A stretch of DNA of 64,000 nt from IMG/VR virus record IMGVR_UViG_3300029305_006500; one strand, given 5' to 3'. A program made the translations under genes and the position numbers. Below are positions 37,227 to 45,986 of the stretch, in pieces (position 1 is the first letter of the stretch; each line of letters starts with the position of its first letter). Source of the DNA: a virus. Its lineage: Duplodnaviria; Caudoviricetes. The notes under the pieces were generated by a model, which saw only the letters and a program-made list of their open reading frames with translations, was not told the DNA's origin and searched no databases.

Positions 37227-37375
37227 AAGCGTTGACAGTCGCTTGTCATTACTGTTTGGTGGATACTCCCAACAATGAGTATGTAACGGCAGCGCGCAGG
37301 AAGTTATGCGAGCTAGGCGTCGGTGCTACAACGATGTGACACAAAACTTATGACATAGTATTGTAGCTTTTATAT

Positions 37376-37452
37376 TGTCCGGTAGCTCAGCTGGTTAGAT
37401 CGCGCGCCTGATAAGCGCGAGGTCGTGGGTTCGAGTCCCACCCGGACAACCA
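37376..37452 (+). tRNA. tRNA-Ile(GAU)
   Basis: Cloverleaf, CGCGC-CTGATAA-GCGCG, ACCA. Confidence 0.93.
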
Positions 37453-37636
37453 GCGCGGGGAGATAACTCTGTTGTTGTGCCAACTTCCTTTCAGGGTCGC
37501 GCCTGATAAATTAAATGTGAGTTCAACAAGGGTATATTTGCCGGACGCTTTGTGACCAAAGCATAAAGCGGCGATGATGCATCAGGGTTGGTAAACCTCT
37601 GTTCATAAAGTGCAGAAAGTTTCCAAAATTTTATAT

Positions 37637-37809
37637 GGAGTAGGTAGTGAAGTGGTCAAACACGCGGACTGTAACTCCGTGCTTTATTGTAATGTATAGT
37701 TAGCATGAAGGAACTCGCGACTCCGGATCTGGATGTTAACTACATTCGTGGGTTAGGCGCGCATGTGCCCCGTAAAGCTTCGCTGGTTCGAATCCAGCCC
37801 TCTCCACCA
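37637..37809 (+). tRNA. tRNA-Tyr(GUA) with about 100-nt variable arm
   Basis: GCGGA-CTGTAAC-TCCGT, V region 37681-37781, T arm, ACCA. Confidence 0.75.
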
Positions 37810-37818
37810 AATTTATAT

Positions 37819-37893
37819 GGGTAAGTAGCATTGTGGAATGCAGACGTTAAACGTCCCGCGGGAAGTATGGTTCGACTCCTACCTTATCCACCA
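37819..37893 (+). ncRNA. Pseudo-tRNA with collapsed anticodon loop
   Basis: GGGTAAG/CTTATCC-ACCA; GACGT-TAA-ACGTC. Confidence 0.5.
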
Positions 37894-37898
37894 AGTAT

Positions 37899-38002
37899 GA
37901 ATCAGTAAACTATAATGGCAAAGTGGGGTAATTGCCCATTCGGTTCGACTCCGATGAAAAGTTGTGGGAACGTTGTAAGTTCGATTCTTACCTGATTCAC
38001 CA
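37899..38002 (+). ncRNA. tRNA-like RNA with two T arms
   Basis: GAATCAG/CTGATTC-ACCA; extra T arm TCGG-TTCGACT-CCGA inside D loop. Confidence 0.55.
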
Positions 38003-38175
38003 TTAACCTTTATTGTTTTCAAATACTATAATGGATTTTTATTGTAGGTCTTCGTGCACAGAAGTACAAAAACAAAGAAACTCTGTATTAGTTGACTTTG
38101 CTGGTTGAAAGAAACTGGATGTTTGTACAGACAAGACGTTGGGTCAGCGTCTATAACTTTGTGCCCACGCTATAT

Positions 38176-38249
38176 TGCGCGGTTGGGTAACGGCAGCCCG
38201 CTGGACTTTGACTCCAGTTGTCCTAGTTCGAATCTAGGCCGCGCAGCCA
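38176..38249 (+). tRNA. tRNA-Gln(UUG)
   Basis: CTGGA-CTTTGAC-TCCAG, U1-A72, GCCA. Confidence 0.93.
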
Positions 38250-38253
38250 GTAT

Positions 38254-38327
38254 TGACCGTTAGCTTAATGGTAGAGCGTCCGGCTCTGACCCGGAATGCC
38301 GAGGTTCGATACCTTGACGGTCAGCCA
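38254..38327 (+). tRNA. tRNA-Gln(CUG)
   Basis: TCCGG-CTCTGAC-CCGGA, GCCA. Confidence 0.93.
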
Positions 38328-38441
38328 GCCCCAGAGTATGACTATCCTTCAACAGAAAACTGAAAACGTTAAGATTATAGGTACCTATAAGCTACGAGTA
38401 AAACAAAGAAGGAATACTTTAATAAAGTAGGTAATTAAATT

Positions 38442-38747
38442 ATGATTGAATGGGCAAAAGCACCTAGTATTGGGCACACTAAATTTGAATGGTACCAGGG
38501 GCTTCAGGATTTAATTTTAGAGATAACTGCTCTTAAAGGAACTAATTTAGTTTGTAAATGCTCAGGTGACACTGCTTCTATTATTGTATTTTTTACTGGG
38601 TTTGAAAAGAGCCCTATTTCTGAAATTTATAGAGAGTTTGAACTTGGTAAATCTTTTGGAATTACTTATATAATTACTCCAGATCTCAATCAGCAAATTA
38701 ATATAGAAGCTGATGGTAAAGTGTTTGAAATTATTAAAATTATTTAA
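38442..38747 (+). CDS. Hypothetical protein
   Basis: AT-rich ORF between tRNAs, weak RBS. Confidence 0.6.
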   Translation: MIEWAKAPSIGHTKFEWYQGLQDLILEITALKGTNLVCKCSGDTASIIVFFTGFEKSPISEIYREFELGKSFGITYIITPDLNQQINIEADGKVFEIIKII

Positions 38748-38803
38748 AATTTATACGCTAAATTAATTAGATTTGATTAAAATTTTAAGGAGAAAGAAAA
38801 GAA

Positions 38804-38908
38804 ATGTTTAATTTTGATTTTTGTAAATCGATAAAAACTATGCATAGCCTTGTTATGCCCTTTTCAGCATCCTTTAAGCCAGTAGGGCCATATCATATCC
38901 AGCGTTAA
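38804..38908 (+). CDS. 34-aa peptide
   Basis: GCTAAATT motif (38757), AAGGAG RBS, downstream hairpin plus T-tract. Confidence 0.4.
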   Translation: MFNFDFCKSIKTMHSLVMPFSASFKPVGPYHIQR

Positions 38909-39146
38909 TATTTTCGTAATATATTGAAGATAGTATTGGCGTTTGGAATTAGTTAGTAAACTTAGTTCTAAGCGTCAATTTTTATTTATAAAACTACGAA
39001 AAATACAAAGTATATCATCGTATAATATAAAGTAAAGGTTATAATATCGGTTAGATATATGCGGCTATATCTTTTGAATCTAAAACGCCCTTCGCCGAGG
39101 CGTCCAAGATACCGGTGTTCACCATAAGCAACACTGCGTTTAATAT

Positions 39147-39221
39147 GCACCCGTAACTCAGTGGTAGAGTATCTGACTTTTAATCAGAGAGTCGTGGATT
39201 CGAGTTCCACCGGGTGCACCA
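39147..39221 (+). tRNA. tRNA-Lys(UUU)
   Basis: TCTGA-CTTTTAA-TCAGA, ACCA. Confidence 0.93.
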
Positions 39222-39242
39222 GATTTAAAATGAGGTTTCACT

Positions 39243-39884
39243 ATGGCTTATATTTATGAAATTATTAATGACATAAATAATAAAAGTTATATAGGGAAGA
39301 CTGAATTTGCAATCGAGCGAAGGTTTAAAGAGCATTGTAAAGAAGCTTTTCGTAATCGTTGTGAAAAACGTCCTTTATATGCTGCAATGCGAAAGTACGG
39401 TATTGAACATTTTCATATTGAATTACTAGAAGAAACTGAGTTACCTGAAGAACGCGAAATATTTTGGATTGCAACTAAACAGACCTATAAGCAAGGCTAT
39501 AATGCTACTCTAGGTGGCGATGGTAAAAAATACTTAGACTATGACTTAGTGGTTACTACATATAAACAACTTGGTACCATTTCAGCTGTAGCTGACAGAC
39601 TTAATATCCACCGGGAAACTATTAGTAAAATTTTACGAATTAAGCAAATTGATGTGAAAACATCTTATGAGGTATTATTGGAAAAAACTGGAAAAGCTGT
39701 TGAACAATACTCACTTACAGGTGAATATATTGCAACCTTTCCGTCTACTTTAGCTGCTGTGAAAGCTTTAGGTAAAATGCAAAATAAACAAACAGATCGT
39801 GGTTCAGCTGGACATATTGCCGATGTCTGTAACGGTAAACGTAAGACTGCTTATGGTTATATTTGGTGCTATCAAACTATTTAG
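39243..39884 (+). CDS. GIY-YIG homing endonuclease with C-terminal NUMOD1-like DNA-binding domain
   Basis: AYIYEI...YIGKT...RFKEH...EREIFWI...GYNATLGGDG; VEQYSLTG...CNGKRKTAYGYIW. Confidence 0.9.
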   Translation: MAYIYEIINDINNKSYIGKTEFAIERRFKEHCKEAFRNRCEKRPLYAAMRKYGIEHFHIELLEETELPEEREIFWIATKQTYKQGYNATLGGDGKKYLDYDLVVTTYKQLGTISAVADRLNIHRETISKILRIKQIDVKTSYEVLLEKTGKAVEQYSLTGEYIATFPSTLAAVKALGKMQNKQTDRGSAGHIADVCNGKRKTAYGYIWCYQTI

Positions 39885-39893
39885 GAGTTAATA

Positions 39894-40076
39894 ATGAAAG
39901 TAAGATATATTTGTAAGCATTGTGCACATATAAATGAGATCACAAGTTTTTGGAAATGGTTTTGGGCGCCTCATCTTGGGGCAAAGAAACTATTAGAGTG
40001 TAGTCATTGTAAATTAACTAGCTATATGTATCGCCAAGATGGTCGTAAGTGGCTTGATTGGCCTAAAAATAAGTAA
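39894..40076 (+). CDS. Zn-ribbon protein
   Basis: CKHC...PHLG...CSHC; similar to C-terminus of 5654-5992. Confidence 0.65.
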   Translation: MKVRYICKHCAHINEITSFWKWFWAPHLGAKKLLECSHCKLTSYMYRQDGRKWLDWPKNK

Positions 40077-40095
40077 ACAGTATTCTCTGCTTTAT

Positions 40096-40179
40096 GCTCC
40101 GGTGGCGAAACGGCAGACGCGGTAGGCTCAAACCCTATTGTAGCAATACATATGAGTTCAAATCTCATCTGGAGCACCA
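40096..40179 (+). tRNA. tRNA-Leu(CAA)
   Basis: GTAGG-CTCAAAC-CCTAT, long V arm, ACCA. Confidence 0.9.
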
Positions 40180-40232
40180 ATCTCCTTTACATATACTTGC
40201 TCTAAAGTATATGTGAAATAGGAGATATCTCA

Positions 40233-40586
40233 ATGGGACAAAAAACAAGATTAACTGCAGCTATTATTGAGCGAGTTTGGTCTTTATACGAATCTGGCTG
40301 GCAAGCAACTGATATTGCTAAAAAATTAAAAATCAGTAATGTTTCAGTACAACGTTGTATTTTCGCGTTAACTACTGCTAAATCAGGCAAAAAAGTAGAA
40401 TATGAAGGTCTTTTAAGAGATAGCCATCATATCGCCGATTATGCTAATGAACAATTTAAGCAGGAAATAACAGAAGGAACAAGCAATAAAGATATTGAAC
40501 TTGCCGCCGCAATTAATAGACTTGCAGACAAAATTGAACAACAAACACAATTATTTGAAAGCTTTATAAGAAAGCTTGAAAGATAA
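40233..40586 (+). CDS. HTH DNA-binding protein
   Basis: LYESGWQATDIAKKLKISNVSVQR helix-turn-helix. Confidence 0.75.
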   Translation: MGQKTRLTAAIIERVWSLYESGWQATDIAKKLKISNVSVQRCIFALTTAKSGKKVEYEGLLRDSHHIADYANEQFKQEITEGTSNKDIELAAAINRLADKIEQQTQLFESFIRKLER

Positions 40587-40667
40587 TTCTTTGGGAGCAT
40601 ATCAGTAGAAAGGATTTTAAGTGGGATATGCAGCGTCCAGCTTGGAGGGGAGCGTTTGGACTAATGT

Positions 40668-40755
40668 GGAGGATTAAGCATAATTGGCACTGCCGCGGTC
40701 CTGAAAACCGTTCACGTGAGAGCGTGTGGGAGTTCGAGTCTCTCATCCTCCGCCA
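40668..40755 (+). tRNA. tRNA-Ser(UGA), C33
   Basis: GCGGT-CCTGAAA-ACCGT, long V arm, GCCA. Confidence 0.88.
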
Positions 40756-40874
40756 GATTGCTAGAGCTGTTCGTTCTAGTTCGTACAGCTTAATAGATGG
40801 ACCAACGGAAATGCTAAAGGACGGCTTTCCTTGCCGAGCATTTGACGCCTGAATCTAGCCTTTTAATTTAATAT

Positions 40875-40951
40875 GGCGGACGTAGCTCAGTTGGTAGAGC
40901 GTCAGATTGTGGCTCTGAGTGTCGCGGATTCGAATTCCGTCGTTCGCCCCA
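40875..40951 (+). tRNA. tRNA-His(GUG) with encoded G-1
   Basis: TCAGA-TTGTGGC-TCTGA, G-1:C73, CCA. Confidence 0.93.
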
Positions 40952-41013
40952 GAATTTATGAAAGAGAGGTATTCATTATGCAACTATAGTAATCTTTAAT
41001 TAAAGGAGCTATT

Positions 41014-41397
41014 ATGCAAATGAATAATAAACACAAGTATTTCAGAAATCTTCGTTATAAGCAAAAACTTGAAGCCAGATATGATAACTGGTGTGAACGT
41101 CACACTGGAATTTATTTTACTACCGAAGAGCCTGATCCTAGAAATATTAGAGAGCATCAGCATGCTAGATGGTTTAGAAATGAAAAGTTTCTTGGACATG
41201 ACTGGTATCTTTGTTGGCAGCGTCCTGAAGTACCTTACAGTATTAGGGAGTATACTTATCATACCAGTAGCTGGAAAAAAGTTATGAAACAGCAGACTTC
41301 TAGACGTAATCGTCGTATTAAAATTACGGAAGATGATACTGCAGCAAGAGAAAAAAGTTTTTATAAAAAAGTAGAAGATATTTGGAATTACGACTAA
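41014..41397 (+). CDS. Basic hypothetical protein
   Basis: AAGGAG RBS, Arg/Lys-rich. Confidence 0.7.
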   Translation: MQMNNKHKYFRNLRYKQKLEARYDNWCERHTGIYFTTEEPDPRNIREHQHARWFRNEKFLGHDWYLCWQRPEVPYSIREYTYHTSSWKKVMKQQTSRRNRRIKITEDDTAAREKSFYKKVEDIWNYD

Positions 41398-41417
41398 CAA
41401 ATATTGTATAATATAAT

Positions 41418-41799
41418 AAGCTGAATAGTGAGTAAAAATCCATTCTTAGTATGCTTTCGAGTACAAACTATTTCAATAGAGTTCCGTACAAGCTCTGAAA
41501 TGGTGAAAGCAGGAACCTGTGCAAAGATGGTGTAAGGGTAGCACGCTGGCCGTTTGTGGCCGGAGGAAAGGTTCGAATCCTTTGAGCATACCCAAAAGAA
41601 AAGTTCCTTAAAAATACTGCGAATGAAAAAGATGTGCCCACAAACTAGACTTACTACTTATTAGTGTGTTGTGTGTATAAAAGTAGTCCTTTAGTCTGGG
41701 AGTAAAAATGGATTGAAGATTAATAAGCAACTTTTCCTTGACGGTGCGCAACGTTTTGGAAACGCATCTCCTACATCTGAAACTGATGTGGTTCAGCTT
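41418..41799 (+). ncRNA. About 380-nt structured RNA with embedded tRNA-like domain (41520-41594)
   Basis: Starts at promoter 41404-41417; AAGCTGAAT/GTTCAGCTT ends; nested AATCCATT/AATGGATT and AGGAAC/GTTCCT. Confidence 0.6.
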
Positions 41800-41810
41800 G
41801 TTTTATATTT

Positions 41811-41886
41811 CGCTCTGTAACTCAGTTGGTAGAGTAGCGGACTCATATCCCGCATGTCAGAGGTTCAATTCCTCTCGGAGCGACCA
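41811..41886 (+). tRNA. tRNA-Met(CAU)
   Basis: Loop CTCATAT, cloverleaf, ACCA; subtype uncertain. Confidence 0.8.
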
Positions 41887-42039
41887 AAAATTAGGTACTC
41901 TAAATCCTATGTAATTCTTGTGGCTAGTGTGGTGTAGTTAAAGTACCGTTCGAGTCGGTTGTCAAACATAGGGAGCTTATTTAGACTACATGAATGAGTA
42001 AGCAGTATTTAATTAATTTAATATAAGTGAGGTAAGTTT

Positions 42040-42330
42040 ATGAGTAGAACTAGAGCTTATACACGTAAAATGAGAGCAAAGCATATTAAACGTAAAAAGC
42101 GAATTGTTTCTAATTGGCGCTGGTATGGTGAGCATGAATTTTACCATCACGATGGAATGTTTTCAAAAAATAAGATTCATTGTTCTTGTAGAATGTGTAG
42201 ATCAAAAGATTATAATGGCCGACATATACCTACTATGCAGGAAAAGCGTCATGGTATTGGTCTGAAATATTCTACATTAACTAATGATATTAACGCGGGT
42301 TTGGCGGAATTGGCAGACGCGTCAGCTTGA
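42040..42330 (+). CDS. Basic Zn-binding hypothetical protein
   Basis: GAGG RBS; SKNKIHCSCRMC motif; 3' end overlaps tRNA-Leu. Confidence 0.7.
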   Translation: MSRTRAYTRKMRAKHIKRKKRIVSNWRWYGEHEFYHHDGMFSKNKIHCSCRMCRSKDYNGRHIPTMQEKRHGIGLKYSTLTNDINAGLAELADASA

Positions 42331-42381
42331 GGAGCTGATGGGAGCAATCTTGTGAAGGTTCAAGTCCTTTAATCCGCACCA
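42295..42381 (+). tRNA. tRNA-Leu(GAG)
   Basis: TCAGC-TTGAGGA-GCTGA, long V arm, ACCA. Confidence 0.9.
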
Positions 42382-42649
42382 TAAGCACCGATTGGCCCCT
42401 GCAGCAGCAGATATAACTGTTAATATTAAGAGCATATAGCAGCACAAAGTATTATCTGCGGTGCGCCAAGAAAGAGTAGTCTCTAGCCAAGACAAAATGG
42501 GTAGCTTTATTTTATAGTGAAAATCGGATAATACTATAAAAAAATTTTTAATTTGCCTAACGACCGGAAAAACAGACCTAGGAATAATCCGGCGTCCCGC
42601 CATCAAATTGGGATGATGAGTAGAGTGGTTTGTTACTTTAGGCAGCCAT

Positions 42650-42725
42650 GCAGGATTAGTGTCAGTGGCTAGCACGTCAGTCTTCCAAACTGAAAGGGCC
42701 AGTTCGAATCTGGTATCTTGCTCCA
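42650..42725 (+). tRNA. tRNA-Gly(UCC)
   Basis: TCAGT-CTTCCAA-ACTGA, U73 CCA. Confidence 0.92.
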
Positions 42726-42729
42726 ATAT

Positions 42730-42806
42730 GGTAACATACTCAAGTGGCTTAAGAGGGCGCTCTGCAAAAGCGTTATTCATTGGTTCGAATCCAATTGTTA
42801 CCTCCA
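42730..42806 (+). tRNA. tRNA-Cys(GCA)
   Basis: GCGCT-CTGCAAA-AGCGT, U73 CCA. Confidence 0.92.
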
Positions 42807-42939
42807 ACTGCTCTTAAGGCACAGCCATTAACCTTAGGAAAAAACTGGGAGAAGCAATCGGCAAGGATGGATACGTCTGGTTGTGGTAAGAGGGTAAAAC
42901 ATCTACCAGGTTCAGCTTCAGGTACCTCTTATATTTTAT

Positions 42940-43016
42940 GCGGGTTTAGCTCAGTTGGGATGAGCATCTGCCCTACAAGCAGGGGGTCGGCGGTTCGATC
43001 CCGTCAACCCGCACCA
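42940..43016 (+). tRNA. tRNA-Val(UAC), C33
   Basis: TCTGC-CCTACAA-GCAGG, ACCA. Confidence 0.88.
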
Positions 43017-43021
43017 TATTT

Positions 43022-43095
43022 GCAGTATTAGTTTAGTGGTAAAACAACAGCATGGCAAGCTGTTGTCACGAGTTCGACTCTCGTATATTGCTCCA
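43022..43095 (+). tRNA. tRNA with GGC (Ala) anticodon on a Gly-type body
   Basis: ACAGC-ATGGCAA-GCTGT; U73, A3-U70. Confidence 0.8.
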
Positions 43096-43536
43096 GACCG
43101 GTTCGGTTTATACTAGTTTTTGTCGAATAACAAAGCCGGCCCAAAAGTTACGGGCCCTCGTGCGCGAAAGGATGCTCCTCGGAGAGGTTGCAAACTCAAA
43201 GAGTTAGAAAGGTACATAGTCCGCCGGTTGCCACGTCAGTTGTTCATTAGGCGCGCCTCGAAGGCGATAGAGGCTAATTAAAATTCACCCAACCAGGCAG
43301 CAAGATAATGTAAGAACAATACAAAAAGGCTTAGGCTGCCAATAATCTTGCATTCTAGGTATACCTAGACTCTGAGCTGACATGTGATCCTCAGCTAATG
43401 TCAATTGGGACAAGACTGCCGATGAAGACCTTTACTTTGTAGCAAAAGCGAAGGGGTTAGGGCATGCACGGGGTTTGTAAGTAGAACCACAAGGCTACTA
43501 GACGAAAGTCGAAAAGAAAAACTTACATCTTAATAA

Positions 43537-43614
43537 CGGGATGTGGCTCAGTTTGGCTAGAGCACGTGATTTGGGATCACGGGGCCGCAGGTTCGAATCC
43601 TGTCATCCCGACCA
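43537..43614 (+). tRNA. tRNA-Pro(UGG)
   Basis: CGTGA-TTTGGGA-TCACG, C1-G72, ACCA. Confidence 0.94.
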
Positions 43615-43617
43615 TAT

Positions 43618-43696
43618 GCCTGGGTAGCTTACTTGCGGTCTAAGCACCGGTCTGAAAAACCGGAGTGTGGTGGTTCGACTCCACTCCCAGGCACCA
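43618..43696 (+). tRNA. tRNA-Phe(GAA)
   Basis: CCGGT-CTGAAAA-ACCGG, ACCA. Confidence 0.9.
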
Positions 43697-43703
43697 ATAT
43701 TTT

Positions 43704-43779
43704 CCTCCTTGTCCTCGACGGTTTTGAGGACGTGCCTTATAAGCGCGCACACGAAGTTCAACTCTTCGGGGGAGGACCA
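43704..43779 (+). tRNA. tRNA-Ile(UAU), divergent
   Basis: CGTGC-CTTATAA-GCGCG, ACCA; atypical D arm. Confidence 0.75.
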
Positions 43780-43782
43780 ATC

Positions 43783-43859
43783 GGACTATTAGCTCAGTTG
43801 GTTAGAGCTACCGGCTCATAACCGGTCGGTCCAAGGTTCGAATCCTTGATGGTCCACCA
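43783..43859 (+). tRNA. tRNA-Ile2/Met(CAU)
   Basis: ACCGG-CTCATAA-CCGGT; body resembles Bacillota lysidine tRNA-Ile2. Confidence 0.88.
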
Positions 43860-43946
43860 TAAATTTTATGTAAATGTTTCTGCTAAATTATAATAGCGGA
43901 GACATTTTACTTCGTTTAAAACTTTAATTCTATGAGAGGTATAAAT

Positions 43947-44561
43947 ATGGCAGAATTCTGTAAAGAATGCTTTTTGACTAAACTTGAGCCTGGAATGAAC
44001 CCAGATAATCTAGTTATGAGTGAAGAAGCAGATTTATGCGAGGGCTGTGGTGAACAGAAGCCTATTGTTCTGGAAGTAAAAGAAGATGTGCCAAAGCTTA
44101 CTATTGCTGAATGCCAAGTTGAAACTCAAAAACATATTGAGAATGTAAGAAAATATATCAGATTTATGATTGATAAAATTGATATGAGAGGTGTAAAACA
44201 TGATGCCTCTAAGCTAGAATCTCCTGAGGTTGAGGTTTTTGCAGAGTATACTCCTAAGCTTAATAATACTACTTTTGGAAGTGACGAATATTATCATAAT
44301 CTTGAACAGATGAAGGGCGCACTTGATCATCATTATGCGTCTAATCGTCACCATCCTGAACATTTCGTTAATGGTATTAACGATATGACGCTCATTGACA
44401 TTTTAGAGATGTTTTGCGATTGGAAAGCTAGCACATTGAGACACAATGATGGCAACCTATTGAAAAGCATCGAGACGAACGCTGAACGTTTTAATATGGA
44501 CGGACAGCTGAAACAAATACTTATTAACACAGCTCGTATGATAGATGAGCATGAGGATTAA
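43947..44561 (+). CDS. DUF5662-like HD-related protein with N-terminal Zn finger
   Basis: CKEC...CEGC; HDASK...DHHY..NRHHPEHF..GINDM...EMFCDW. Confidence 0.8.
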   Translation: MAEFCKECFLTKLEPGMNPDNLVMSEEADLCEGCGEQKPIVLEVKEDVPKLTIAECQVETQKHIENVRKYIRFMIDKIDMRGVKHDASKLESPEVEVFAEYTPKLNNTTFGSDEYYHNLEQMKGALDHHYASNRHHPEHFVNGINDMTLIDILEMFCDWKASTLRHNDGNLLKSIETNAERFNMDGQLKQILINTARMIDEHED

Positions 44562-44576
44562 ATCTTCATGCCATAT

Positions 44577-44652
44577 GCTGGCATAGCACAGTCGGTAGTG
44601 CACTTGCTTGGTAAGCAAGAGGTCCCCAGTTCAAGTCTGGGTGTCAGCTCCA
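44577..44652 (+). tRNA. tRNA-Thr(GGU)
   Basis: CTTGC-TTGGTAA-GCAAG, TCCA. Confidence 0.92.
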
Positions 44653-44976
44653 AGGTTTATCCGTAGCCAAGAATAAACGGTTGTCGCAAGAGAAGAGGGA
44701 AAACAGCGGCATAAAAGAAGTATCACCAAACCTCGTAAATGACTGGTAGTGAAAGTCTGTTATAAGCTTTACGAGTGAGTCCAAACGCCTTGATAGCAAG
44801 ACTGGGGTTGAATGCAAGTAGACATTTTTTAATGTAGTACGCTAAAAGCTATCTGAAATACCTCTGGCAAATACTTAAAATTATATAATTCTATGCTGTA
44901 TATTATATTGAGGTTTGTGTTAAAAGCATTCGCCTCAATATTTTTATTATTTAAGGAGAAGTATTTTTACTATTAT

Positions 44977-45792
44977 ATGAAGGTATCAGAACGTAAATTT
45001 ACAAATCTAGTATCACCTATTGACGTAAGAGATTACCGTATTGCTGCTGTTTCAGAATTTCCTGAAACTTTCGAGCTTCCTGCTGTATCTGTCAAAGATC
45101 AAGGAGAGACAGGTAGCTGCGTAGCACATGCTTGTTCTTCAGTTGTTGAATATCATAATAAAAAGCAGCAGGGAACTAATACAATTTTTAGTACCGAGTT
45201 TATTTATGGTTATCGTCCTATTGGTTATTACGTAGGTGAAGGCATGTATATCAGAGATGCCCTTAAAACTATTACCAAGCTAGGCGATTGTCCTCTTAAT
45301 AATTTTAGAGGCAACCATGAATACAAAGAAGCTATGTCAAATGTAGCTGAACAGTTTGATGTTCTTGCAGACAAAGCTTATCCTCATAGAATTTCTTCTT
45401 ACGCTAAAGTAAAGACTGTTGAAGAGATTAAAACTGCACTCATGAATTATGGCTATGTAGTTGTATCTATGAATTGGTACAAGGACTATAAACTGAAAAA
45501 AGGTGTCTATACCTATACCTCAAATGAGACTTCTGGTAGACACTGCGTGGTAATCTATGGCTGGGACGAAAGAGGTTGGTTAGTCCATAACAGCTGGGGT
45601 TATAATTGGGGCCAGAAGGGAAAATTTGTAGTTCCTTTTGATTTTAAGTGGAATGAAGCTTGGGCAGTTATTGATAATATTGTAAATGAAGGCGATGTTG
45701 TAAGACCTGCTGAGAAATGGTATGTAAAATTGTTTGGAAATATTCTAAATAAAATTGCAAATTTCTTTAGAAAGCTCTTTAAAAAGATTTAA
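44977..45792 (+). CDS. Papain-like cysteine peptidase (C1 family)
   Basis: KDQGETGSCVAH, GRHCVVIYGWD, HNSWGYNWGQKG. Confidence 0.92.
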   Translation: MKVSERKFTNLVSPIDVRDYRIAAVSEFPETFELPAVSVKDQGETGSCVAHACSSVVEYHNKKQQGTNTIFSTEFIYGYRPIGYYVGEGMYIRDALKTITKLGDCPLNNFRGNHEYKEAMSNVAEQFDVLADKAYPHRISSYAKVKTVEEIKTALMNYGYVVVSMNWYKDYKLKKGVYTYTSNETSGRHCVVIYGWDERGWLVHNSWGYNWGQKGKFVVPFDFKWNEAWAVIDNIVNEGDVVRPAEKWYVKLFGNILNKIANFFRKLFKKI

Positions 45793-45845
45793 CTGCACGC
45801 TGTATAATATAATGTAAAATATATTTTGAAAGTGAGATTCTAAAA

Positions 45846-45986
45846 ATGACAGCAGAACAGATTAAGCAGAAAATTAAGTTTATTGATATCAGAATTAATA
45901 CTTTAAAAACAAAGGGCGAAACTAAAAATGCTGCTCTTATTAATAAGCAGCTTCGTAAGCGTAGAGCTCTTGAGGCACAGCTTTAA
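45846..45986 (+). CDS. Small basic protein (46 aa)
   Basis: Follows class-1 promoter 45800-45813; TAATG-coupled to next gene. Confidence 0.6.
   Translation: MTAEQIKQKIKFIDIRINTLKTKGETKNAALINKQLRKRRALEAQL

Noticed and set aside
42940-43016. Amber suppressor tRNA (CTA visible in the loop)
   Set aside because: The 7-nt loop register gives TAC and the body is tRNA-Val; CTA is offset by one
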